Origin: Poseidonia sp.
GTDB taxonomy: Archaea > Thermoplasmatota > Poseidoniia > Poseidoniales > Poseidoniaceae
Length of the DNA: 64,000 nucleotides
Direction of reading: 5' to 3'
Assembly (NCBI GenBank): GCA_049412325.1
Contig: JBMSEL010000006.1
Location: forward strand, 3,458 to 67,457
Shown here: positions 27,001 through 36,583 of the stretch, piece by piece
Numbering within the stretch: the stretch's first letter is position 1
Layout: each line of letters begins with the position of its first letter
The notes under the pieces: model-generated
Seen by the model: only the letters and a program-made list of their open reading frames with translations
The model's database searches: none
Told to the model about the DNA's origin: nothing
Made by a program: the position numbers and the translations under genes

Positions 27001-29826
27001 TCAGACGGCGACACACTGCCTGATGGCTGGGAATCCAAGGGCTTGTGTTCTTGGGACCCATCACGTCTTGGCGTCAACCCACTCAACGGTTCAGACGCCT
27101 TTGAGAATCCCGACGGCGACGGCTATGACATCAATCGTGATGGCGTTCTTTCCCAAGATGAGGCCTTCGTGAATTACCTCGAATACCACATCCGTTCGGA
27201 CCTCTTCAACGGCAACCAAACGCTTGATGGTGTCCCACTACCGGGGAACTTTACCACGAAACTGTTCGATCACATCGGGGATTTGGGTGCTCCCGACGAC
27301 TCCTTTGCAGACCGAGCATCTGGTTCGGTTACGGCGGGCCTTTCAGCCTACAGCGTAGGCGCCGCTGACCCGTTGAGTGCGGATACTGATGATGATGGTA
27401 TGCCGGATGGATGGGAAATTTGGTTTGCCCGATGGAACCTGCTCGACGATGCATGGACCCTCAATCCGTTGGATTCCACCGACCGCTGGCAAGATGCTGA
27501 CGATGACGGAATGACCAATTGGGAGGAATACAATGTGATTTCACCCCTTTACTCAGAGACAGACTCGAACCGTTCATCACCGCAATGGTTCGTAACCACC
27601 ATCGGGGTGGCCTTCGCTCTTCAGCAGTGGCCCGGCATCCCGACCACGGCTTCGTTCGGTGATTTCCTGACGGAAAATCAAACCAACCTCACGGGTCTGA
27701 CGGCCGACCCGAACAATGTAGATACGGACGGCGACGGGATGCTCGATGGTGTGGAGTTGCTCTTCACCGCCTGGAACGTTTCGGCTGCGACCTGGACACT
27801 GAATCCGCTGGTGGCGGGGGATGGCGACTTTGACGGGGACGAGGACGGTCTCATCGACCGCCAAGAGTTCGCGCTGGCAAGTGAACAACCAGATAACGGC
27901 ATTGACCATCCCAGCGATGCTCCTTTGTTGCATGTGGACGGTGATCTCCAGCAACCCACCGAGAAAGCACAACGCGTCTTTAACATCCTCATCTCCAAGG
28001 AAACGCGTGGCAAGCGTCTGTTGAACGACTTCAACGCTTGGCAACAAGGCGAGCCACCCAATGCGTTCATCGAAGTCGTCCTCGGCATGACCGATCCGAC
28101 CATCCCTGACACCGATGGTGACGGTATGTACGACGGTTTCGAATACTGGTTCACGTCATGGGACCTGGATGAAAATCGCTGGGCCATCAATCCACTGATC
28201 GACGGCGATGTCAACCTTGATTCGGATCAAGACAGTTTTGACTGCAACGGCGACGGCGATATTGATGCCAACGAGACGTTCAGCAACCTTCGTGAATGGG
28301 AGTCCAGAACATGGGGTAAATTCCTCACCAGGAACACCGTGCCAGCCAACTTGGGTATCATCGATTTCGGTGAAGATGCGATGGCAGCCTACCAAGAAGA
28401 ACTCGGGTTTTCCGCTCTTCAAGCCCAACAGGCACTCTATCAGGACTTCATCAAGAAGGGGCCCGAATCCGTGGAACGAATGGAGAAAATCAACGAACTT
28501 GAGAGCGAGAACTTCAATCGAAGCTTGCGCGGTGTCGCTGACCCAACCCACCCTGATTCCGACAGCGATGGTATTCCAGACGGCTGGGAGTACTGCTATG
28601 CCACCTACGGCATGGACGACGTCACCACGGAGAACCACTGGGCATCCAACCCGCTCAATCCATGGGATGTGAACTACGATGGTGACCATGACGGTTGGTA
28701 TGACCGTACGAGTTTCGATATCCCCGCAACCCAAGGGTCATGGGAAGACCGCACCTTCACGCCGTCGGGCATCGTGGTGCAGAACGGCGTTGGCAACCTC
28801 CCGTTCACGAACTTCATGGAGTATGATAATCAAACTCGCCCCGACCTCAACGACAGTGATGGCGACAGCATCACCTACCTTACAACGGTCGAAAACGGAG
28901 CCGTCGTCTCCCACGTCCGAGATTACAACTATTCCGACGGACGAGAAGTGTTCAAGTACGGTTCAAACCCCAGCGATAACGACACCGATGGAGACATGCT
29001 CCCTGACTGGTACGAATACAAATTGGCCTGGAACGAAAGCCACGACAACTTCTCCTCTTACCTTGACATTCGTGTGGTGTGGATCGATGTCGGAACAGGC
29101 GGGCCGTGCACGACGGACACCAACTCTTGTTTGCCCCTCTCACAAGATGGCTCCGGTGGGACCTTGGCTCGGCCGGATACGGAATTCACATGGTTCACGC
29201 TTGATCCTGCCGACCCGAATGATGCCAATCTTGACCCAGACCAAGACGGGAATTGGGATTGTTCTGGGGCCGGATGTGTCTACGAATCCTACACCAACTT
29301 CCAGGAATTCTACGCCATCACGTCCAGCGAATACGCCTCTCCAAACGCTGTTCGCCTCAGCGGATTAACCTACGATGGGATGCCGGTCACCGAAGGCTGG
29401 CAGTTCCGTGCAGCCCTACTCGGCCTCGGCCAGCCGAACGAATTGGTTCTCAACTATCTCAAACTCGATAAATTCGGGGGTCCTGACAATCAATACGGGT
29501 ACATCGTTGATGACAAGGACACCAACTTCCTTATTGTCGATCCGTCCGATGATGTCGTATTGATGGCAGGAAACCGTACAGATGCTTGGGAAATTTACTA
29601 CCAAGGTTCCCCCAACACGGCACCCGTTCGCAATGTGGGTGAACATGAATTTGGTTGGTACTTGCTCGACTTTGACGACGACCATCTTGCCGAAGGCAGC
29701 AATCCGATGAATTGGGACACGGACGGCGATTGGATGAACGATTGGTTCGAGGTTCGCGATGACGAAGAAGATGGCGTGCGTGGGGATTCATCTCCCATTC
29801 GATACGACTCACGGCAAACAAGCTGA
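24076..29826 (+). CDS. Large secreted Ca-binding repeat protein (TSP3-like DxDxDG loops) with central beta-propeller-like region
   Basis: N-terminal signal/TM segment (MRRSQTTILTTLAVIASLLF). About 25 D(T/S)DxDGxPDGWE / DxDxDG…N..EY loops by hand count. GGTGA lies upstream of the ATG at 24076. Confidence 0.85.
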   Translation: MRRSQTTILTTLAVIASLLFMSQFPAVSNVANIHPDQTDGTPPPNTDTDGDLIPDVHETLFEEWVNWTAVDGREVVLKGLDKNNASDASTDRDRDGLNATEEFCWPYPANCTAPGFPRGLTGELDENSDRVYLDPRVSDTDGDGMPDGYEAYMCARMGGFDTISLRYICPAFNPLNGSDLTLDGDNDGFDVDRDGILSDAERFTAPEEYAHGTPSNFTAELDGLWCHATLPEGAVLKNWPYLPSGTNATFHNLLPACTSRAVNPVGEDLWLGTDPLLDDSDRYLWDGFSIRPLYPSFGDGIPDGWEVHFGLDPLNRSNALQDPDSDGWDTNRDGGISSDVSRTLTALKVGEALSTLEEYLVHYDDGNTVYPGLKSTLVGEEVGFTTLPLVYDAPEDTLAVMHHDVRSLAEHDGVLYAMTKYGVSVLNLDASAQSHHSMPQGVVLHDGFLAEAGGTPYGVVMGTNIGFAVAPLQADGGLGSIGTWTWSLSEAIHAVAPLGGEDVNLHAIGLGHAGEGQIVEIDEGASIVSTFELGAGIVAGLSEANASVSSIEHGLAGGTTFHLFIGTDRGLFIVDTVSARDDAPGSWRFFYTPEDNPNPTDVDELRSLPLGSNDNPATIRAMVLDGPSSSNAQALWFGTPSGLHKLDLNDDFIEHSGLYVHPGVDGKLSTETNNIHAIHPTGDELLIGSEWGLWALAGDYTAVYGVQDQTRLPGEIVAIATSVGEGNVSVFGAASPGRYANLQLMDPGANDSDADGMPDGWEVVHGLDPTDPWDALFDNDADGLDLDQSGDMNLERLWTNLDEYRYVKLTPEGYNATDPRLGDTDGDGVGDGSEYYGFFYEQSTLWCYYTVQLDYICDSVKGEAANATYLALANIDTATDPTNPDTDGDGMPDGWEIQHRRWVGDTFTGGNNWSLDPLRADDANWDADGDGLPNLCEYQWSVVRTMGLNGDLFEDYGETPEAVEAWAVADPNLIDSDGDTLPDGWESKGLCSWDPSRLGVNPLNGSDAFENPDGDGYDINRDGVLSQDEAFVNYLEYHIRSDLFNGNQTLDGVPLPGNFTTKLFDHIGDLGAPDDSFADRASGSVTAGLSAYSVGAADPLSADTDDDGMPDGWEIWFARWNLLDDAWTLNPLDSTDRWQDADDDGMTNWEEYNVISPLYSETDSNRSSPQWFVTTIGVAFALQQWPGIPTTASFGDFLTENQTNLTGLTADPNNVDTDGDGMLDGVELLFTAWNVSAATWTLNPLVAGDGDFDGDEDGLIDRQEFALASEQPDNGIDHPSDAPLLHVDGDLQQPTEKAQRVFNILISKETRGKRLLNDFNAWQQGEPPNAFIEVVLGMTDPTIPDTDGDGMYDGFEYWFTSWDLDENRWAINPLIDGDVNLDSDQDSFDCNGDGDIDANETFSNLREWESRTWGKFLTRNTVPANLGIIDFGEDAMAAYQEELGFSALQAQQALYQDFIKKGPESVERMEKINELESENFNRSLRGVADPTHPDSDSDGIPDGWEYCYATYGMDDVTTENHWASNPLNPWDVNYDGDHDGWYDRTSFDIPATQGSWEDRTFTPSGIVVQNGVGNLPFTNFMEYDNQTRPDLNDSDGDSITYLTTVENGAVVSHVRDYNYSDGREVFKYGSNPSDNDTDGDMLPDWYEYKLAWNESHDNFSSYLDIRVVWIDVGTGGPCTTDTNSCLPLSQDGSGGTLARPDTEFTWFTLDPADPNDANLDPDQDGNWDCSGAGCVYESYTNFQEFYAITSSEYASPNAVRLSGLTYDGMPVTEGWQFRAALLGLGQPNELVLNYLKLDKFGGPDNQYGYIVDDKDTNFLIVDPSDDVVLMAGNRTDAWEIYYQGSPNTAPVRNVGEHEFGWYLLDFDDDHLAEGSNPMNWDTDGDWMNDWFEVRDDEEDGVRGDSSPIRYDSRQTS

Positions 29827-29886
29827 CCAATTGCGAACTGACGCTGAACCGCATGGTTCAAATGATGTGTGAAGCGTGTCAGCGTC

Positions 29887-32800
29887 ATGCAAGGTCGCGA
29901 CCAGCAACACTTCAGTTCACGGGCCGTGTTCTTCCTGCTCGTTTTCGTGATGGTCTTCACGCCACTGAGCCCCATGGCTGGGCTGTTCGTTTCGGAGGCT
30001 GAAGCAGCGCCGGGGACGCGCCATGTGTACGAATTCAGCGATGGGTCCGTTGAGCACATCGCGTTGTACCAAGGGGCCAATCCCGATATGGGTGCTTCCG
30101 TCTCCCTTCCACGTGGTGCCTTGGTTACAGACGTAAGCATGACCCTCTCGGGTGCTTCTGCCACAGGATGGTCCCAAGTTGTCGCCGATGATCGAGTGCA
30201 TTGGATTCGAGGTGCAGAAAGCAACGTGGACGACCGGAGTGGTGACCTGACGCTGGCCATGGATAACATCAGCAGAAATTTCCTTCCTCACGGTGACGAT
30301 GCATACGTCAACCCGAACTCCGATGCGTGGCTTGACAACGGCTCCTACGCCCTGCGCCAACCCCACACATCAAACACCACCGAGACGCTCTATTCTCAGC
30401 AATTGACGAAGACGTCGTCAAGTTTCATGGCTCAAAGCCAAGGTGCGATTTTGAAACATCACGACTGGCTGTTTTTGTCAACGTGGTCGTCTTCATCTTT
30501 CCACAATGTGGTTGAGCGCCTTTACCCTAACAACGCCACTCGTGAATCCGTGATCACGCTTGACCAAGCCTCGTGTACCCTCCCGCAGAAACACTCATCC
30601 TCCTATTACGGATACTACGGCTTCCGAGACTGGACGGTGACCGATGATGAACGTCTCTTCGGCATTCTCTCTGGCTACCGCTACACCTATGGTTCCACGG
30701 CGCCGGTGAACTACCACCGTGTGCTCGAGATGGACATCTCCAGGGACGATACATGGACTTGCCTTGATTCCTACGACATCTCGCCGTCCGTGGGTGAATA
30801 CACGGGCATTGCTTACGACCGAGATACCGGTCAAGTTTGGGTGGCGCACAACGCTATGAATCGTTTGTATTCCTACGAATTCGCAGGCGACGGCACAGGT
30901 ACCTACACACGCAGCCAAGACTTCTACAGCTACACTTCAGCCGCTGGTTCGAGTTGGGAATGCGGTGGTACTTACAGCGGAAGCCAAAAGCAGATGGTTC
31001 GCGGCCTGGAGGTCAACGGCTCGACCTTCTACATGCGATGTCAAGAGGATTCACCCTACAACGACCGTGACCAACTGGAAGCATGGACGGTCTCCGGCAG
31101 TTCTTCTGCTCTGATTCCTGAATCGAACACCCGCCAGATTTCACGGCTTGGCTACGGCTTGCAATTCGATGGTGAGCGATTTGTCACCGTGGACTGTGGA
31201 TACTCGACGTGGTCGGGTGCAACCCTTTACTATCGTGAATTTGGAACCGGCTGGACGTACGAGACCACCCCGGCACCCGGTACGACAACGTGGTACGGCG
31301 AAGTGATCCAAACCGGAGATGATGTTCTCTCAGCCAACGTTCAGACCTATTGGTCTGCTGCCTCTATCGGCGACCGCGTGGACTACTGGATTTCAGCCGA
31401 CAACGGAACGCACTGGGAGGAGGTTGAATCTGAAGCGACCATTCACTTTGATCATCCCGGCACCGAACTCGTATGGAAAGCACAACTCATCGGATCAACA
31501 GCCGTCTCATGGTGGGTTGACATTGAGTACGCCACCGACTACAAAGTTTCAGGCGACTGGACCTCGCCCTACTTCAATACCGGCACCAAGGTCGGGAAGG
31601 TCCGCCCCTCGTGGACAGCAGATGTTCCGGCTGGAACGACCCTTGATGTCGTGGTTTCCAACGATAACGGTAGCACATGGCTGGACGCCTCCAACAATCA
31701 AGAGACCAGTTTCTCGACGGAAGCGGCGGGAAACACGCTTCGCTACGCCGTGTTCTTTTCCAGTTCAAACAACGATGTTTCGCCGAGCATTGACCAATTT
31801 GTATTGGAATACGAGGAGGGCTATCCCGACCGACCCATGCTCGATATCGGTGGTGACGGAACCTACGACTGGGAGTCGGACATTTTCCTCAACGAATCCT
31901 CTGTGGTCGCCAGCGATGACTCCCCAGTGGGTCCAATCGTCAAGAAAGCCCCCACTCTGGTGGATGCATTCAACGACCACATCCCTGAAAACGGCGACGG
32001 TATGGTTACCATCCCCATCGCTGTCAAGGCGGCCAGTTCAGGCCGGGTAAAGATTTCCAACATCGACGTCACCTATGCGATGCAAACCCGTGCTGTTGAT
32101 GCCTCGTTTGAGGGTGGCTTGGCTGCCCCCGATGGTTTGTTCCGCAATTTCATCACACGTGTCGCCCCGGGCGATGAGGTTGACCACGTCACCAAGGCGG
32201 TCGTTGCCATTGAGCACACCCACGGGGATAACCCGACCTTTACGTGGTTGCGAGGTGATGCATGTTCCGTCAATTCTGATGCCGGGGGCATCGTGGTGTT
32301 TGATGCAGCGAACTGCACCTCTACCGTTGATGCCAATGGTGTGGTCTCGATTTGGATGCCGACCAAGATGAACTGGTCTTGGGACGATGAGAGCAGCACG
32401 GAAGCGGTGATCACCGTTGAGGATGACTTCGGTGTGGCCGTCAGTCAGTGGGTCACTTCGGACATGGAATTGGTCGTTGAAAATGACATCCAACTTGACG
32501 GACTGCGCGTCTGGGAGGAAACCGGTCGTCAACTGTATCCCATGGACTGGGTGCGGGGAGGATTCAACTTGAGTTTCAGTGGCTCGATGCATTTCCAAGA
32601 TTCACAACTCATGCCACCTGCCGGAAGCTTTTCCATCCGTGTCATCGGACAGAACGTGACGTTTGACGGGGACCCACTTGGCGAACCGATGGTGCTCTAC
32701 GAAGAGGTCAACCCAGCATTCGGTGCTTACAACATGACGTTCATGTCACCGATTGAATCGGCTCCAGGCGGCATGATCTTCTATGTCCAAGCGGTGAACC

Positions 32801-35310
32801 TCGAGAACGGCTCGACCTTCACCAACCCGAATTACAATTCCATTCGACTCATTCTTGACGGTAATTCTCCCCTTGTGTTGAGTGCCACGCCCATGGACAG
32901 TGAAGAACGGCATGCAGGTGCGCCTGGTGCCGGCCAAGCCGTCTCCATCGTTGTGCAGGATTCTGTCGACCCACCACGACAGTTGAACCTTCACTATTGG
33001 GTTGGGTGCAAAGCCAGCGATGCCATCGGATGCACCGATTACAACTTTGACGGTTTGCCAAACGAGGACGAATATGAGGTGAAGACCCTTTCGTCCCCCG
33101 AAACCCGAGCGGGTGGACTCAACATCTTTGAAGGCCTCATTGACGATTCCATGCTCCTTCACAAGCAGCGTGTTTCCTTCTACGTCTCTGGTGAGGACGA
33201 GCAAAACAACGAGATTGCGATGGGTCGTGGTCCCGTTTGCCCGACATCCACCATCACGTGTGGCTACCGTCCCGGTGAGGTTCTTCCCGATTGGGATGCA
33301 GACCTGGTGACCTATGTTATTCGTCAGGAGTTCGAGCCGGCGGTTGACCTCGGGAACTCTTCCATCTTGGGGCACGATGACTACGAGCCACTCCATCCTG
33401 GCGTCCCCTACACGGCGCAGATCAAACTCAGCGACATCAACGGCTGGCAAGATATCCAATATGTCCAGGTTGCTCTCAGCGGAGACTTTGACGACGACGA
33501 ATCGTCAATGTTCATCTCCCTCGCAGAGGGCGCTGACGGTCATCCTGTGGCCGTGATGACCTCCGGTTCTGACAACATCGCCGTGTCCAACCTCTATTCA
33601 ACCGTCAGTCTTGAAGAAGGCAACGAGTCGGTCATCATCATTCAAGCCCGATTCCAACTGACATGGATGTTCCCCGAAGCCTACGACACCAACGGTGAAT
33701 CGCACTTCTTGCCTCGGGTCAGGGTCACCGATATGCCATGCAACGACAATGAAATGACTCCTTGTTTCGAAGTCGAGGAAGGAATGGGAGATGATTGGTG
33801 GAGCCTCGATAACGATTTCCGATTTGATACCCAACCCGGTAAAATTCGTGCGATTGAACTGCGCAACAGTGAGAACCACTACAACGATGAGAATTTCGAG
33901 ACCATCATCGGTGCAGGTCAAGCCCTTCGTGTCTCCGGCCGAGTCCTGTTTTCGGAGGACGAGACGCCCGCACCTGCTGGTGCCTTTGACGTGGTCTTTG
34001 GGGACTTTGAAAACAACTGGAGAACATCGACAAGGGACGACGGAGAATTCAGCCTTGACCTCTTGGTTCCGGCCGTTCGCTCCGGTCGTCTTGACCTCCG
34101 ACTGAGCATGGATGACTTGCCCGGTATTGCCCTTGACGAGACCGCCTTCTCCCCGCGCGTCCGCTTGGCTGTGGACAGCGCCCGCCCCACGATCGACAGC
34201 ATCACGCTCAACGGTGTTCCTGAGGGCTCACCGCTTTCAATCGGCGATGCCAGCGACATCGAAGTGATTCTGATCACGAACGACGAGAACGGCTTTGATA
34301 CCAACGAAGCCGCCGTGCTGCACTACCGTGTGAAGGCTGGTGAAGCTGAAATTTCTCGGGGCAGCGTGCTGTTGCCTGACATCACGCCGTTTGGTCAGCA
34401 GTACTTCTGGAGCGGTTCTCTCGATCTCACGGACTCCGGTGCAACGACGCTTCTGCCGACTTACACGGTCGACGTTTGGGTGTCCGGCTCCGACGAAGCA
34501 GGTAACCCCTACGACACCGATAGCAACGCAATGAGCGACCCCTTCGCCTCTTGGCCGATGGCCCTTGTTGGCCCACGCGTCGATCTGCAGCACGAAGCGA
34601 CCTCGCTTCAGTGGGATGTTCCAAGTCCCTATGAGGGCGAAACCGCCAAGATGATGGTGAAGGTCGACAATTTGGGAGGTAGCGGTAAAGTGGCCTTTGC
34701 TCTCCAAGAACTCGTCGACGGAGGCTTTTGGGCGACTGTGTCCACAGTGGAGCTTGATGCTTCACCCGGAGACCAACTCATGACCTCACTTTCCGTTGTT
34801 GCGAACGAACCCGCCGGCTCCAGCCTTGACTATCGCGTGGTCGTGCTCGTGGACGGTGTAGAGATGGACCGGCGCAGTGTGGATTCTTTGCTCGTCAAGG
34901 AAGAAACGGTTCGAGACGGTGCAGCGCTCTCCCAACAACTTTCCACCGATGTGTTCAGTGTCACGCTGTTCATCATTGCGTTGGCTTCGGTTTCCTTTGG
35001 ACTCTACGCCATGGTGCTTCGCCGACGTCTGCTCGCCCCTGAAACCGAAGAGGAACTGGCCGACCAAACCGACGTGGTCGCAGAGGAGATGAACGCTGGA
35101 AAATCCGTGCCGGCCTTGGCTTCCGTCCCTCCTGCACCGACCAGTCCTGTTCCCCCTCCACCAAGCAGCGCCGTCCCTCCTCCGCCCATGGCAGGACCCG
35201 ACCGCTCTCAACCCGCTCCGGTTCCACCAACCGGCCTTCCCGATGGTTGGACACAAGAGCAGTGGAATTCCTACGGATGGCAGTACATCGATGCACTTTC
35301 CAAGAAGTGA
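29887..35310 (+). CDS. Large secreted TM-anchored surface protein with Asp-box motifs and a Pro-rich, GW-x-x-EQW cytoplasmic tail
   Basis: Signal peptide. Asp-boxes SADNGTHW and SNDNGSTW. Beta-rich acidic domains. TM helix, poly-Pro linker, then GLPDGWTQEQWNSYGWQY. Confidence 0.8.
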   Translation: MQGRDQQHFSSRAVFFLLVFVMVFTPLSPMAGLFVSEAEAAPGTRHVYEFSDGSVEHIALYQGANPDMGASVSLPRGALVTDVSMTLSGASATGWSQVVADDRVHWIRGAESNVDDRSGDLTLAMDNISRNFLPHGDDAYVNPNSDAWLDNGSYALRQPHTSNTTETLYSQQLTKTSSSFMAQSQGAILKHHDWLFLSTWSSSSFHNVVERLYPNNATRESVITLDQASCTLPQKHSSSYYGYYGFRDWTVTDDERLFGILSGYRYTYGSTAPVNYHRVLEMDISRDDTWTCLDSYDISPSVGEYTGIAYDRDTGQVWVAHNAMNRLYSYEFAGDGTGTYTRSQDFYSYTSAAGSSWECGGTYSGSQKQMVRGLEVNGSTFYMRCQEDSPYNDRDQLEAWTVSGSSSALIPESNTRQISRLGYGLQFDGERFVTVDCGYSTWSGATLYYREFGTGWTYETTPAPGTTTWYGEVIQTGDDVLSANVQTYWSAASIGDRVDYWISADNGTHWEEVESEATIHFDHPGTELVWKAQLIGSTAVSWWVDIEYATDYKVSGDWTSPYFNTGTKVGKVRPSWTADVPAGTTLDVVVSNDNGSTWLDASNNQETSFSTEAAGNTLRYAVFFSSSNNDVSPSIDQFVLEYEEGYPDRPMLDIGGDGTYDWESDIFLNESSVVASDDSPVGPIVKKAPTLVDAFNDHIPENGDGMVTIPIAVKAASSGRVKISNIDVTYAMQTRAVDASFEGGLAAPDGLFRNFITRVAPGDEVDHVTKAVVAIEHTHGDNPTFTWLRGDACSVNSDAGGIVVFDAANCTSTVDANGVVSIWMPTKMNWSWDDESSTEAVITVEDDFGVAVSQWVTSDMELVVENDIQLDGLRVWEETGRQLYPMDWVRGGFNLSFSGSMHFQDSQLMPPAGSFSIRVIGQNVTFDGDPLGEPMVLYEEVNPAFGAYNMTFMSPIESAPGGMIFYVQAVNLENGSTFTNPNYNSIRLILDGNSPLVLSATPMDSEERHAGAPGAGQAVSIVVQDSVDPPRQLNLHYWVGCKASDAIGCTDYNFDGLPNEDEYEVKTLSSPETRAGGLNIFEGLIDDSMLLHKQRVSFYVSGEDEQNNEIAMGRGPVCPTSTITCGYRPGEVLPDWDADLVTYVIRQEFEPAVDLGNSSILGHDDYEPLHPGVPYTAQIKLSDINGWQDIQYVQVALSGDFDDDESSMFISLAEGADGHPVAVMTSGSDNIAVSNLYSTVSLEEGNESVIIIQARFQLTWMFPEAYDTNGESHFLPRVRVTDMPCNDNEMTPCFEVEEGMGDDWWSLDNDFRFDTQPGKIRAIELRNSENHYNDENFETIIGAGQALRVSGRVLFSEDETPAPAGAFDVVFGDFENNWRTSTRDDGEFSLDLLVPAVRSGRLDLRLSMDDLPGIALDETAFSPRVRLAVDSARPTIDSITLNGVPEGSPLSIGDASDIEVILITNDENGFDTNEAAVLHYRVKAGEAEISRGSVLLPDITPFGQQYFWSGSLDLTDSGATTLLPTYTVDVWVSGSDEAGNPYDTDSNAMSDPFASWPMALVGPRVDLQHEATSLQWDVPSPYEGETAKMMVKVDNLGGSGKVAFALQELVDGGFWATVSTVELDASPGDQLMTSLSVVANEPAGSSLDYRVVVLVDGVEMDRRSVDSLLVKEETVRDGAALSQQLSTDVFSVTLFIIALASVSFGLYAMVLRRRLLAPETEEELADQTDVVAEEMNAGKSVPALASVPPAPTSPVPPPPSSAVPPPPMAGPDRSQPAPVPPTGLPDGWTQEQWNSYGWQYIDALSKK

Positions 35311-35319
35311 GGGACAACC

Positions 35320-35760
35320 TTGGCAGACGAGTCGGTTGATGGGCTGGTGACGCTCACAGAGCGAACCGTCAATCTGGTCAATCAACTTAACATGCCACTC
35401 GTGGAGGTTTCATTGGTCATTCAGAAACACCTCAACCAACTCATGAAGACGCTCACACAACATCTCGACAACACCGGTGAGACCGTGAACGAGCGGGTTC
35501 ATTCGCCTTGGCCGATCGAGACTGTTTCGCCCACCACAAGCGCCTCCTTCGACCTCGAGAAAGTGATGAACATCGTTGACAATCAACGCATGGACATTCT
35601 TGATACGTTGATTCGCGTGACTTTGGTCGAAATCAACACCTCCATCATCGACGCTATTCTTGCCCTGCGCCAGTGGGAACATCTTGCGCGGACTCAGCTC
35701 GCTCTTGCCACGGGACCCGGGCAATTGTTTTCACCTCTTGACATTCCTGATGACTGGTAG
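35320..35760 (+). CDS. Hypothetical helical protein
   Basis: 146-aa ORF starting at TTG 9 nt after the upstream stop, preceded by GAGG. Fills the gap between genes. Confidence 0.65.
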   Translation: MADESVDGLVTLTERTVNLVNQLNMPLVEVSLVIQKHLNQLMKTLTQHLDNTGETVNERVHSPWPIETVSPTTSASFDLEKVMNIVDNQRMDILDTLIRVTLVEINTSIIDAILALRQWEHLARTQLALATGPGQLFSPLDIPDDW

Positions 35761-35797
35761 GCAGATGTTCAAAAGTGGAGGTTCGTGTGTGATGGTC

Positions 35798-36583
35798 ATG
35801 GCAAAGCGAAATCTGGCGATTATGCTGGTCGTCTTTGTGATGAGCAGTTCCATGGCTGGGTGCCTTGGAAGCGACGGCTTGGATGTCTTACCCGAGAAAA
35901 AAGGGGTTCCAGGAGGTCTCACACTGGCCTGTCTGCGCAGCAGCATGTACACCTCGATGGTGATCGAAATTGACCATGAACCAGGCTATCGACCTTTCTC
36001 AAGCAGCGTCGACCTCCTGATCGACAGGTTGGAAAGCGTCTGCGACAAGCCATCCGGCATTTCTGTTGAGTACGATGAGGTTGATTTCGGGCACGATGGC
36101 GCCTGGTCAGCTCAGGATGTTCGAGACAAAGGCTGGGAGCAAAAAGACACCTCACCACGAGACGGCACCACGTTGTACTGGCAAATCCTCTTCCCTGCAG
36201 GTACGTACGATTCGGACTCGGTGCTCGGTGTGGCCGTGGACGCCTCGACCGTCGCCCTGTTCAGCGATTCCATTGACGAGGCGGACGGCCCGTTTGGACG
36301 GCCATCGGTTGAGGATGTAGAAAACAGCGTGTTGGTTCACGAAGTCGGCCATCTTCTCGGTTTGGTTAATTTGGTGTATGAATCGCCCGTTGACCACGAA
36401 GATCCGGAACACCCTGGTCATTCGAGCAACGATGATTCAGTGATGTATTGGGCCATTGAATCCGCTGACGTTGCGAACGTCATCTTCGGGAGTTTACCAA
36501 GTGACTTTGACGACGACGACCGCGCAGATTTGGCGGGGCTTGCCGACGGCTCCATTCCGATTCGTGATCAACTCTGGTCCTGA
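35798..36583 (+). CDS. Lipoprotein zinc metallopeptidase (metzincin-like)
   Basis: Lipobox-like MAGC. HEVGHLLGL…PGH and Met-turn SVMY. Start reassigned to the ATG at 35798. Confidence 0.8.
   Translation: MAKRNLAIMLVVFVMSSSMAGCLGSDGLDVLPEKKGVPGGLTLACLRSSMYTSMVIEIDHEPGYRPFSSSVDLLIDRLESVCDKPSGISVEYDEVDFGHDGAWSAQDVRDKGWEQKDTSPRDGTTLYWQILFPAGTYDSDSVLGVAVDASTVALFSDSIDEADGPFGRPSVEDVENSVLVHEVGHLLGLVNLVYESPVDHEDPEHPGHSSNDDSVMYWAIESADVANVIFGSLPSDFDDDDRADLAGLADGSIPIRDQLWS

Noticed and set aside
24200-29800. Recurring gacaccgacggcgacgg-like DNA repeats suggesting a CRISPR array or DGR
   Set aside because: They are degenerate, in-frame, irregularly spaced coding repeats (DTDGDG). There is no cas gene or reverse transcriptase.
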